A DNA stretch of 24,780 nt, taken from a virus. The notes beneath the pieces were generated by a model that saw only the letters and a program-made list of their open reading frames with translations, did no database searches and was not told the DNA's origin. Location of the stretch: IMG/VR virus record IMGVR_UViG_3300037067_004563, positions 1 to 24,780 of that record. The stretch is one strand, 5' to 3'. Position numbers and translations under genes: made by a program. Positions 7,588-15,610 of the stretch are shown here, one piece after another (positions within the stretch are counted from its first letter, which is position 1; each line of letters starts with the position of its first letter).

Positions 7588-9810
7588 TTAAATCTCTACT
7601 CTTTTCCTGTCCTTAAGCTCCTGGCGTTTGCCAGCGTTCCAACCTTCTACAGCCTGGAGATAACCAGTAATCCTTGACAAGTGCTGCACTTTATCAGACC
7701 CACACTTAGGACATTTGTCATGCAACCCGTTGCTTACATACCCGCCATTTGTGCAAACTGTCATGTCTCTAGTGAAGGCAAAGTACCCAACCTGAGTATT
7801 CTTAGCCAGTTGCATGGCGAAATCCATCAGTCCTTCAGGTCTTGAGCTGCCCTCACCTAACCAGATATGCAGAATATTCCCACCATCTACCACAGGGAAG
7901 AAGGTATGCTCATAGCTTATTCTCTCAGGCAGCGTTATATTTGCGTTTACTGCCGTGTGTGTTCCGTTTGTGTAATAAATTGGTAGGTCCTTTGTCTGAT
8001 CTATCTGTTGTAAGGCTGCCTCAAGATCCCCTTTTATCACAGTTGCCGCTTTGTCTCTGTACTCTGTGTGTAAGAGGTCACTGACAGCAAACCTTTGTGC
8101 TGTTGTCTCTGCAGGTGTGCGCGCAAGAGCAATAGTTATACCATTTTCTTTTGAGAGCTCCTGAGCGTACAACTTCATCTCAAACATTGCCCTAATTGCC
8201 AATTTGTAAGCTTCCTTACTTTCATGGATTTGTTTGCCTGTGTGATACTGGACCATCTCATTAATTCCTATTACTCCAATAGTGTACACAAGACTATCAA
8301 AATCTACTGCCATGGAACCTATTTCTCCAGTGTTAGGGTCTCTAGGATGCTGTGAGGCGAAAGGAATCCTACCCTTTACAATTAGGTTATCCATCCATTT
8401 TCGTTTAACCTTGAAGATCTCAATGGCGTTATCCATAAGAGTTCTCAACCCTTTGAATAATTTTTCATCGTTGTGTTCTGCTTCATATGCTACCCTGGGG
8501 CAGTTTAAAGACATTACCATCCATGATCCCATAGAGAAATGAACACCGTTTCTGAAGTACATTTTATCATCGAAATGTTCATCATCTGCTGGATTTGCTG
8601 AAAACGAGTACGCGCAACACTGGTAGCAGCTCACCCCGTTACCCGCACCTCTATATTCAGGAATCTGATTATCAAAGTAAGGAGTACCAAACTTTGCAGC
8701 CAGTTCAAAGGATTTTAGATAAAGTTCATGGTATGTAGGTAATTCAGGATGTGCTTTATTAAACTCTTCTCTTTCATTCATAAAGTCTGGCTCAACTGAT
8801 ATTTCAGGCTTTGGGAAACTAAAAGGCTTTCCTACTGCGTCACCTTCAAGCATAACATTCATAAGAGCTTTAAAGCCGAGTCTTACCTCTCTTTCAAATT
8901 CTCCGTAAGTCCTTAAGGGTGCCTGAACACCATTACATACTTTACCACGATACACCACAGGTTTATCTTTCCAGAGTGTTGGAACACCTGGCGAAAGTTG
9001 CACAGAGCTGAAGACAGTTTGTCCACCCCTCGAAGCTAGCATCTGTGTCATTTCGTAAACAAACAACTGCATAAGCTGTTCTATTTCCTTCTCTGTTTTC
9101 CCTTCCCAATAAGGTGCCATGAATGTAAGGAAATTATAGAAACCCTGCCCGCCTGCAAAATTACTCTGTGCAGATCCCAAGATTTTAGTGGCGTGAAGCA
9201 TCGCAACCTCAGCGTTCTTTGCAGGTTTTGCTATACTTGTTTGCATACCTATGCCATCTGCAATGAAACCATAATAGAAGAAAAACCTTAAATCGTGGTC
9301 CATACAGAAAGAGCGTGTGCCGAAATATTCGAGATCGTGAACGTGACACATACCATCTAAATGCGAGTTCGCTAGCTTTTCAGGTAATAGCAGTAAATTC
9401 TGCTCTTTGCTCATTTTGTCGGCTTTTCTTTTGTGGGATGTCTCCGCATTACTTATTTGATTAGCGTTATCATTTGCCTCAAAACCATACCCTGAGTCAA
9501 TCTCGTAAGCGTCATACACAGAGGCACCTACCCTGGTCATAATGTTACGCCATTCTGCCTTACCTTCTTCCAGCAGTACAGAGTTTACAACTTCTCTGAT
9601 AAGTGGACCTGAAACCTGCTTAATATTCAATTTTAAAATTAAACCCTCTGCTTTCTGTGCAACTGCCTGAGCTTCTTCTATAGTTGCAGCAGGTTTGTTA
9701 TAAAATATCTCACTCAGTTTAGTTTCTTTTACTATCTGATTTACAATTGTTTGTCTGTCCCATGGCATTATAAACCCGTCTGTGTTTTTCACAGTAATAT
9801 TATTTATCAT
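7588..9810 (-). CDS. nrdD: Anaerobic (class III) ribonucleoside-triphosphate reductase, archaeal type with ATP cone; start revised to ATG 9810
   Basis: N-terminal ATP cone, HVHDLEYF..RSFC, YQCCAY, TPAETTAQRFA, C-terminal CPKCG and glycyl-radical loop SRITGYLQ..GWN.GK..E..DR. AGGTGGT SD and TAATG overlap support the ATG at 9810. Confidence 0.95.
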   Translation of the reverse strand: MINNITVKNTDGFIMPWDRQTIVNQIVKETKLSEIFYNKPAATIEEAQAVAQKAEGLILKLNIKQVSGPLIREVVNSVLLEEGKAEWRNIMTRVGASVYDAYEIDSGYGFEANDNANQISNAETSHKRKADKMSKEQNLLLLPEKLANSHLDGMCHVHDLEYFGTRSFCMDHDLRFFFYYGFIADGIGMQTSIAKPAKNAEVAMLHATKILGSAQSNFAGGQGFYNFLTFMAPYWEGKTEKEIEQLMQLFVYEMTQMLASRGGQTVFSSVQLSPGVPTLWKDKPVVYRGKVCNGVQAPLRTYGEFEREVRLGFKALMNVMLEGDAVGKPFSFPKPEISVEPDFMNEREEFNKAHPELPTYHELYLKSFELAAKFGTPYFDNQIPEYRGAGNGVSCYQCCAYSFSANPADDEHFDDKMYFRNGVHFSMGSWMVMSLNCPRVAYEAEHNDEKLFKGLRTLMDNAIEIFKVKRKWMDNLIVKGRIPFASQHPRDPNTGEIGSMAVDFDSLVYTIGVIGINEMVQYHTGKQIHESKEAYKLAIRAMFEMKLYAQELSKENGITIALARTPAETTAQRFAVSDLLHTEYRDKAATVIKGDLEAALQQIDQTKDLPIYYTNGTHTAVNANITLPERISYEHTFFPVVDGGNILHIWLGEGSSRPEGLMDFAMQLAKNTQVGYFAFTRDMTVCTNGGYVSNGLHDKCPKCGSDKVQHLSRITGYLQAVEGWNAGKRQELKDRKRVEI

Positions 9811-10019
9811 TATAACCACCTGTAGCCTGTTCCACCGTTAGAGTCTCTAACCTCTTCTATCAACCCTGCACTAAGCGCATCACTATACAACTTATCGTTA
9901 TGTGAGCACTTCCAAGCACACCCACCAATTGAACACGCCTCACAATTATTTGCGTGCATCATAGATTCACATTCTCTTAATGTCTCAGGATAATTTTTGT
10001 TTACCTGTACTTGTTTCAT
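9810..10019 (-). CDS. Hypothetical Cys-rich protein
   Basis: CEACSIGGCAWKC; TGGTGAG SD; its stop overlaps the nrdD start. Confidence 0.65.
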   Translation of the reverse strand: MKQVQVNKNYPETLRECESMMHANNCEACSIGGCAWKCSHNDKLYSDALSAGLIEEVRDSNGGTGYRWL

Positions 10020-10023
10020 TTTC

Positions 10024-10269
10024 TCACCATTCTATATAATTAATAAAATGTCTTGAATATGCTTCTCCTTGATCGTCAATTACACTAGTAGACAACCCTT
10101 GTACATCTGCACTCTTTGCCCACTTAACACGAACATTAAACCAGTTTTGATATACGCAAAAGCTTTTAGCCCACTCAACTGCAACTTTCTTTGCTTCCTT
10201 TACGTTATTGGCAACAACTGAAATACGCCAGCAATCAAACTCTTCCACATTATAGCCTTTTAGTACCAT
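10024..10269 (-). CDS. Hypothetical protein
   Basis: 81 aa, TAAATG coupling to the TS homologue. Confidence 0.7.
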   Translation of the reverse strand: MVLKGYNVEEFDCWRISVVANNVKEAKKVAVEWAKSFCVYQNWFNVRVKWAKSADVQGLSTSVIDDQGEAYSRHFINYIEW

Positions 10270-10890
10270 TTACACCCTCTCCCATGCGTTAAATTTGTCT
10301 GAATCACCTATTTTAAGGTGTGCGTTAATTACATACCTGCAATACTTTCCTATACCTCTGCCAAGCCTGAAAGCAAAGTATCTCTGCAACTGCCTAAATC
10401 CAAAGTCATCTGAAGGACTCGCCTGCCCACAGTCATTACTTCTGAAGATAGTAGTCATGCAGACTAAGCCGTCTATAATTTCAATCTGCAATCCTACACA
10501 ACATGGCACTTCTTTTGTGGACCCTACGTGTTCAGGACGGAATAAAGGAATATAGGCTCTTCTTGTGTTAGGATTCTGTCGAAGGATTTTAATAGTTTTT
10601 TCTATGAGTCCTTCCAGCCACATTAACCACCCATAACCATAATCAAAGCCAAGCCCCCTAAGCCTAGCATGAGAAGGATAAATAAGACCTGCTGCAAAGT
10701 CATTATCTAGTCTTTCTGTAGTGCTGCCCATTGGTACATGAGCCATATCCTGTGAGTCACAAATAAAGTGTATATTATGGCAAAATATGCATGAATCGCC
10801 ATTCTGATCTTTAGTAAGCTCTCCGTTTTCTCTTATGTGTTTCACGCCTGAAGAGTGAATACCCGCTAAGGTTTTTTCTACTATTTCCAT
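10270..10890 (-). CDS. Thymidylate-synthase superfamily protein, archaeal ThyA-like, with Asp at the pyrimidine-specificity position (candidate dCMP methyl/hydroxymethylase)
   Basis: FDYGYG, NPNTRRA, EVPC130C, FR150SND, P-S-D161, NAH. Spacing C130-R150-D161 equals E. coli C146-R166-N177 and T4 gp42 C148...D179. Confidence 0.85.
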   Translation of the reverse strand: MEIVEKTLAGIHSSGVKHIRENGELTKDQNGDSCIFCHNIHFICDSQDMAHVPMGSTTERLDNDFAAGLIYPSHARLRGLGFDYGYGWLMWLEGLIEKTIKILRQNPNTRRAYIPLFRPEHVGSTKEVPCCVGLQIEIIDGLVCMTTIFRSNDCGQASPSDDFGFRQLQRYFAFRLGRGIGKYCRYVINAHLKIGDSDKFNAWERV

Positions 10891-10894
10891 GTTA

Positions 10895-11176
10895 TCAGTC
10901 CAGAAGATCCTTGAAGCTTAACCAGCCTTTTCTAATGCAAATTAGCACTAGATAACCAAGCAGGTCCACAACATCATTCTTTCTTAACTCTTCACTGTTC
11001 TTTATTCTGCTTAGTTTATCATCTATCCTGGCATAAAGCAAGTCTTCAGACTCACTCTTAGAAAATACATTCATAGGTTCTAATGCAGAATTACCATACT
11101 TTTCATTCTTCTTTTCTAGGAAATACGATAAGTTTTCACACACTAACATAATTTTCTCTGCTGTTTCCTCAGTCAT
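10895..11176 (-). CDS. DUF1599-like nucleotide-modification-associated, all-alpha (MazG-like) protein
   Basis: KKNEKYGNS...RIDDKLSRIKN...DVVDLLGYLVL pattern; 4 nt upstream of the TS homologue. Confidence 0.7.
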   Translation of the reverse strand: MTEETAEKIMLVCENLSYFLEKKNEKYGNSALEPMNVFSKSESEDLLYARIDDKLSRIKNSEELRKNDVVDLLGYLVLICIRKGWLSFKDLLD

Positions 11177-11177
11177 T

Positions 11178-11291
11178 TTACCACCTCAGTATAAATTTAA
11201 CATTACAGAAAGGGCATTTGATAAATAACCCTCCTATAGCTGTTTTCCTGAACTCACCACCACAGGACGGACAGGTTATAAGCTTGTAAAT
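11178..11291 (-). CDS. 37-aa zinc-ribbon protein with apparent ATT start (not in ORF track)
   Basis: (I)YKLITCPSCGGEFRKTAIGGLFIKCPFCNVKFILRW; GGTGATAAA then ATT; its stop sits in the next gene's GAGGTGGTAAAATG. Confidence 0.55.
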   Translation of the reverse strand: MYKLITCPSCGGEFRKTAIGGLFIKCPFCNVKFILRW

Positions 11292-11320
11292 TTTATCACC
11301 AAGACTAATAGACAGTAAAA

Positions 11321-11335
11321 GTATATAACATTTTT
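11321..11335 (-). promoter_or_regulatory. Archaeal BRE/TATA promoter (AAAAATG TTATATAC) for the Zn-ribbon/DUF1599/TS/nrdD operon
   Basis: TATA-like box about 30 nt upstream of the 11291 start. Confidence 0.5.
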
Positions 11336-11360
11336 GCTTCTGTTCAGGACAGTTTAAAAA

Positions 11361-11582
11361 TTAAAGTTTAGAGGGTTTTGATAGAGCATATCTTAGCAGC
11401 CCTACAACTGCAATGCATTCATACACAGAGAACAGTATAGCTGTGTCAATATCACCTAATACATATGCATGGTACAGCATCATAATATTCCCAAATACCC
11501 AAAGGACATTAGCTGTTACTGAGTGCCCGAAAGACACACAGAGCGCACCTGAAATACCTAGTATAACACCTAATGATAACAT
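11361..11582 (-). CDS. Small 3-TM membrane protein (possibly PnuC/SemiSWEET-like half-transporter)
   Basis: Three hydrophobic helices with G..C...G....N.LW..GN pattern; GGTGGTATAAATG start, TATA box at about 11614-11621. Transporter assignment is weak. Confidence 0.6.
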   Translation of the reverse strand: MLSLGVILGISGALCVSFGHSVTANVLWVFGNIMMLYHAYVLGDIDTAILFSVYECIAVVGLLRYALSKPSKL

Positions 11583-11622
11583 TTATACCACCATATAATA
11601 AGTACTCTAAAAATATATAAAG

Positions 11623-12474
11623 TTATTGTGAGTGTTCACCACTCTTTAAACTCTCAACTTTAGAGGGTTTATAATCCACATCATGCAGCACCCTCCACAA
11701 CATTTCCCCTGTCTTTTTCCCTATCTTTCCTTTCATCCACTTAAGATCATACCCTAACAACTCTGCAAAGGTCATATCAGGATTACCGCTTAACAATTTA
11801 TTCACAGTGTATAACTTAATCCCAGGCACTTGCATAAGCATTTTAAGCGTTAAATCTGCTGCACAAGGTTCTTTATACTCAAATGACTTATGCCCTGACT
11901 TAGCACAGTAATCTATCAAATTTTCTAAATTGATAGGAAAGTGTGCAAGTTTCTCAAATGTCCTGACGTGTACGCCTTGAGCTTCCCAGGTTGCAAGCCG
12001 TGACTGCATTAGGTCATATCTAAGTACGCTTTCACCTGCCCAGTTTTTGACATAATAGAAATTACCACTCTGTTCTATATCAATCCGTCCTTCCACAAAG
12101 AGCGCAACATCTTGAAACAGCTCTGCAGATTCCCATAACTTCCATGGGAGATCAGCGTGACTGCCAGCAAAATCATTTATGTGCTTATACTCTACTCCAA
12201 TATTCACAGGAAAGCCTCTATGCTCACCTGAAATTTGATAATCGCACCTGTCAAGTTTCCCTATTGCAACCTCCGCGCCTTTTTGTGAGAAGTGTTCATA
12301 AACACTATAAATCCGAGGTCTTTTCTTTGCAAGTTCTCTCTTCTCTTCGGCTGAATAGTCAGATATAAAGTAGGTGTCTTTTTTAATAGCTGTCTCAGTT
12401 TTATGATTGAGTTTTAATGCGCTCTGCTCTCTTGTGTCGCAAGTGATAAAGACACCTGGATACTCATTTGACAT
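11623..12474 (-). CDS. ERCC4/XPF-family structure-specific endonuclease with C-terminal HhH
   Basis: TCDTREQ, KLDRCDYQI, VEYKHINDF (ERKxxxD-like), LFVEG, QVPGIK HhH. Confidence 0.8.
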   Translation of the reverse strand: MSNEYPGVFITCDTREQSALKLNHKTETAIKKDTYFISDYSAEEKRELAKKRPRIYSVYEHFSQKGAEVAIGKLDRCDYQISGEHRGFPVNIGVEYKHINDFAGSHADLPWKLWESAELFQDVALFVEGRIDIEQSGNFYYVKNWAGESVLRYDLMQSRLATWEAQGVHVRTFEKLAHFPINLENLIDYCAKSGHKSFEYKEPCAADLTLKMLMQVPGIKLYTVNKLLSGNPDMTFAELLGYDLKWMKGKIGKKTGEMLWRVLHDVDYKPSKVESLKSGEHSQ

Positions 12475-12479
12475 TTATA

Positions 12480-12644
12480 TCACCATATAGCTACTATCTG
12501 TCCAATTTTATTATAAATCTCTTTAAAATAAAAAAGCTGTCTATCTGACAGCTCTACTTTCTCCATAGGAGTTCTACCAAACTTGCTATCTTCAAGTTCA
12601 TTTACTTTTAATAGAAGCCTATTTATTTCGTGAAGATCACACAT
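12480..12644 (-). CDS. Hypothetical 54-aa protein (not in ORF track)
   Basis: MCDLHEINRLLLKVNELEDSKFGRTPMEKVELSDRQLFYFKEIYNKIGQIVAIW; GAGGTGGTTTAAATG start. Confidence 0.65.
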   Translation of the reverse strand: MCDLHEINRLLLKVNELEDSKFGRTPMEKVELSDRQLFYFKEIYNKIGQIVAIW

Positions 12645-12654
12645 TTAAACCACC

Positions 12655-13440
12655 TCACATAATTACTTCCTCAACACTAACACCATATTCTCTAGGATTA
12701 AGCTTAACCTTAAGATACCCTATTTTCAAAGGTCTATACCCTGCCTGCTCTGGATAAGATACACCGCTTCCCTCTACGATCCCCTTTAAAAAGCTTCCTG
12801 TGTTACAAAAATACTGCGTCTTAAGTCCAAGGTGTCCGAATTTAGTCTGAAACATTCTCTGCTGGCTTGTATAGAATAAATCGTGTGAATGTCCTGCTGC
12901 GGCAATGTCGAAATCTATGTGTGATGCAAGTCCTTCAAGTGAATTAACTTTTCCACCTCTGAGCCTGCCTGCTGCATGCCCGTGAGTTGAATAAAGATTA
13001 TATGAAAACTTCTTTCCTCTTTTGCAGTATGACAGCCTGGAAAGTGCTGTATATTCTGAATAAGTTGTTTCAAGGTTCTCACAAAGATCTTTTACCATGT
13101 CTATGTGGCAGTATTTTGTAACTGACTGGTCATGGTTCCCTGAGTGAATCATAAGAATCTGGTCTGCAATGGGTTTAAGCAGTTTTTCTACACTCTTATA
13201 CTGCCTGCCTATCATATTGTCGCCTAAAAATTCAGGTGCAACAGTTCCCATGTCAAACCTTTTGTCTCTAGATGAAATACACTCGCACAGGTCACCAAGT
13301 ACAATTAAATTATACCCATTTTTTCTAACGTCTGAAACCATCTTTTTAAGTGCTACCATATCAGTATTTTTGTTGCCAACGTGAAAGTCAGAAGCAAGTA
13401 CAGTTGTCTCAGATTCAAGGTTAAACTCATTGCATATCAT
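12655..13440 (-). CDS. Calcineurin-like metallophosphoesterase
   Basis: SDFHVG, GDLCE, GNHD, THGH, GHSH: all five motifs present. Confidence 0.9.
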   Translation of the reverse strand: MICNEFNLESETTVLASDFHVGNKNTDMVALKKMVSDVRKNGYNLIVLGDLCECISSRDKRFDMGTVAPEFLGDNMIGRQYKSVEKLLKPIADQILMIHSGNHDQSVTKYCHIDMVKDLCENLETTYSEYTALSRLSYCKRGKKFSYNLYSTHGHAAGRLRGGKVNSLEGLASHIDFDIAAAGHSHDLFYTSQQRMFQTKFGHLGLKTQYFCNTGSFLKGIVEGSGVSYPEQAGYRPLKIGYLKVKLNPREYGVSVEEVIM

Positions 13441-13472
13441 TTATACCACCCACCTAAAATTTAAGAGCTGTA

Positions 13473-13922
13473 TTACAGCCCTTCCACCCCTGCAAGTTTC
13501 CACACATAAAAAGTAACTTCTCTAGGCTGCATTGTTTCAGCATCCAACTCTTTAGGATCAGGGATAAACGTTTTAGTCTCTACATTGAACGAGCACTCTT
13601 TTCCGCACAAATCTGGAGTGGTTGCAACCTCTGTGTAATCTGTGTTAAACTTCACTGCAACCTTAAATTTTTTAAATGACTCAAGGAACCTGGACATAGT
13701 ACTAAACTTTTTAGGCTCAAGAACACCCTTATTCTCCACCCACTTATCAAGCTTCATATCAAGTCTTAAAGATGGTTCCTCACCCTCAAAATTAATAACA
13801 AGATCTGTTCTAGTTCCACCACCGTATTTAGGAGCATCCTCAAGTATTATTTCAGATACTACCGCCTTGAAACTTTCTGTTCTCTTAAAAAACTTGTTCT
13901 GGAGAGGAACAACCTTTACCAT
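13473..13922 (-). CDS. Hypothetical beta-rich protein (possible viral SSB/OB fold); start revised to ATG 13922
   Basis: GAGGTGGTATAAGATG start; beta-strand pattern with aromatic residues. The SSB call is inference only. Confidence 0.6.
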   Translation of the reverse strand: MVKVVPLQNKFFKRTESFKAVVSEIILEDAPKYGGGTRTDLVINFEGEEPSLRLDMKLDKWVENKGVLEPKKFSTMSRFLESFKKFKVAVKFNTDYTEVATTPDLCGKECSFNVETKTFIPDPKELDAETMQPREVTFYVWKLAGVEGL

Positions 13923-13923
13923 C

Positions 13924-14070
13924 TTATACCACCTCAATATTAAGCATCTTTAAAGTTCTTACACAAACTCTTTCTGTCTGTTCATCAACGTTCATCTCGC
14001 CACACACAACACGGACTAAGACTTTCATGAGTGCTGCGCTTTCTTCATAAGTAAGGGAGAGTTGCAGCAT
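13924..14070 (-). CDS. Hypothetical 48-aa protein (not in ORF track)
   Basis: MLQLSLTYEESAALMKVLVRVVCGEMNVDEQTERVCVRTLKMLNIEVV; TAATG overlap upstream, ends GAG GTG GTA TAA. Confidence 0.65.
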   Translation of the reverse strand: MLQLSLTYEESAALMKVLVRVVCGEMNVDEQTERVCVRTLKMLNIEVV

Positions 14071-14465
14071 TACTGCATCTCCGGCTTACCCTTGTTAAGA
14101 TTCTTCTTCATATCTGCAATAACTGCCTTAACCTGTCCTGACAGCTCAAAAAAGTCCTGCCCGACCATGTCATAAACTTCTAATGAATCACCCTCACATT
14201 CCATGTGCCTGGTGATCCTTACCTTTGCATAAGGCTTAACTTCTCCTTTTGCGCCTGTGTCTGCCCCTACTTCCGTTTCAATGGTTACAGGCTGTCTGAT
14301 AGTTGAAACTGTCTCAATTACCTGGTCAGGTGAGTTTTCTTCTTCTTCGTCAAATTCCTCTTCTTCTTCGTCTTCTCCTTCCATAATATCTGCAAGTTCT
14401 TCTTCTGTCAGGTCTTCATTTGAGTTAATTTCATCTGCAATCTGCTTTGCTTCTTCTGGTGTCAT
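14070..14465 (-). CDS. Hypothetical protein with highly acidic N-terminal half
   Basis: EGEDEEEEEFDEEEENS tract; AGGTAG SD; CTTATAAA TATA-like box at about 14507-14514. Confidence 0.75.
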   Translation of the reverse strand: MTPEEAKQIADEINSNEDLTEEELADIMEGEDEEEEEFDEEEENSPDQVIETVSTIRQPVTIETEVGADTGAKGEVKPYAKVRITRHMECEGDSLEVYDMVGQDFFELSGQVKAVIADMKKNLNKGKPEMQ

Positions 14466-14521
14466 TTTCTACCTCTTATGATCTTTCATGTTAGATTTAG
14501 TTTATTTTATAAGTTTGCTCA

Positions 14522-14731
14522 TTACTGTTTTACTGTCAGGCTTCTTACACAGTCGATAAGAGCCTTATAATTATCATACTGTGCCAGGGCAGTATTTACT
14601 GCTGAAATATCCCCCAATTTAGAATATTTCACAATATCCTTAAGTTTATCTCCAGCTCTAACATGTAATTCAGCTAGAGATTCAGCAACAGAGAGCTTGT
14701 CTCCCATTTCACAAAGTTCTATTATATCCAT
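14522..14731 (-). CDS. Hypothetical helical protein, first gene of the leftward arm
   Basis: 69 aa, AGGTGGTATAGAATG start. Confidence 0.7.
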   Translation of the reverse strand: MDIIELCEMGDKLSVAESLAELHVRAGDKLKDIVKYSKLGDISAVNTALAQYDNYKALIDCVRSLTVKQ

Positions 14732-15054
14732 TCTATACCACCTTTCAAATTGTCATTTTAGTCTGTCGCTTTAGACTTGCTTACTCCCGCAATTCTAAGC
14801 AACACTTACTAGGATACGATAGTATAAAAGCTTTTCGTATGTAGATGGAATCCTTACCTAGCTTATATACCAAACTTAGATTTTAGCAGATTTTCAGCCT
14901 TACATTATACTGCCTTAGAGCCAGTTACGTAAACGTTATATACTACCTGTGTGCATACTTTACAGAAACGGAAAAGAAAAATTAAAGCTATAAAATCTAC
15001 AGAATAAAAAATTAAATTATCGTGATAGAATCTGAAAGTTTAGGCGGTTTAAAC
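14732..15054. promoter_or_regulatory. Divergent promoter region separating the two transcription arms
   Basis: Strand switch of gene orientation. Minus-strand CGAAAAGC TTTTATAC at about 14822-14837, plus-strand AAACG TTATATAC at about 14932-14944. Confidence 0.65.
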
Positions 15055-15219
15055 ATGATGCACACAATGAACATGTCAAAATACGTTGTCAAGAATGGAC
15101 CAATAAGCAACCTGCAGAGCACGCTTAATGACCTGGATGAACAGGGTTATAGTTTTATGAGCCTACACCAGTTTTTGACTGCAGACGGGCTGAAATTCTC
15201 TCTTGTTATGTGCAGGTGA
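15055..15219 (+). CDS. Small hypothetical protein (DUF1737/DUF4177-like pattern); start revised to ATG 15055
   Basis: AGGCGG SD; Y.VV.....L...LN.....GY pattern. Confidence 0.55.
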   Translation: MMHTMNMSKYVVKNGPISNLQSTLNDLDEQGYSFMSLHQFLTADGLKFSLVMCR

Positions 15220-15223
15220 TTTT

Positions 15224-15610
15224 GTGACCAGATCGAGAAAAATAGAAAAGGCAATTAAAGAGGATTACAATTTTAGAGCAATTGGTGAAGACTACACAGA
15301 CAAGGACCCTGCAGAGTACACTAATATTGATGCAGTAGGCTTCTGTCCACACATAGACAACAGTAGGCTCCAGAAAATTATTCTGTCAAAGAAAGGTGAA
15401 GGTATTATTCACAGAAAATGTGTTGCCTCGAATGGTACTGACAGGTTTTACCACTATGTGCAGTTGCAAGATTTCAAGCCTGTACAGTTTTGCAAATTGC
15501 AGCGAGATCCTGAAGCAGATATTGAGAAATGCGAGAAGAACTTTTTAAAGTGCCCTGCGTACCTTGCAGAAATGGCAGAAGAAAAGAAAGCTAAAAAGAG
15601 GGTGGTTTAA
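15224..15610 (+). CDS. Hypothetical Cys-containing protein; start revised to GTG 15224
   Basis: AGGTGAT SD 4 nt before GTG; CPH, C, C...C...C motifs. Confidence 0.7.
   Translation: MTRSRKIEKAIKEDYNFRAIGEDYTDKDPAEYTNIDAVGFCPHIDNSRLQKIILSKKGEGIIHRKCVASNGTDRFYHYVQLQDFKPVQFCKLQRDPEADIEKCEKNFLKCPAYLAEMAEEKKAKKRVV

Noticed and set aside
10270-10890. Plain thyA annotation
   Set aside because: The dUMP-specifying Asn is Asp, so a canonical thymidylate synthase call is not supported without assay.
12535-12553. Inverted repeat AGCTGTC-N5-GACAGCT
   Set aside because: Only 7 bp, inside a coding region, arms inverted relative to the operator; compatible with chance.
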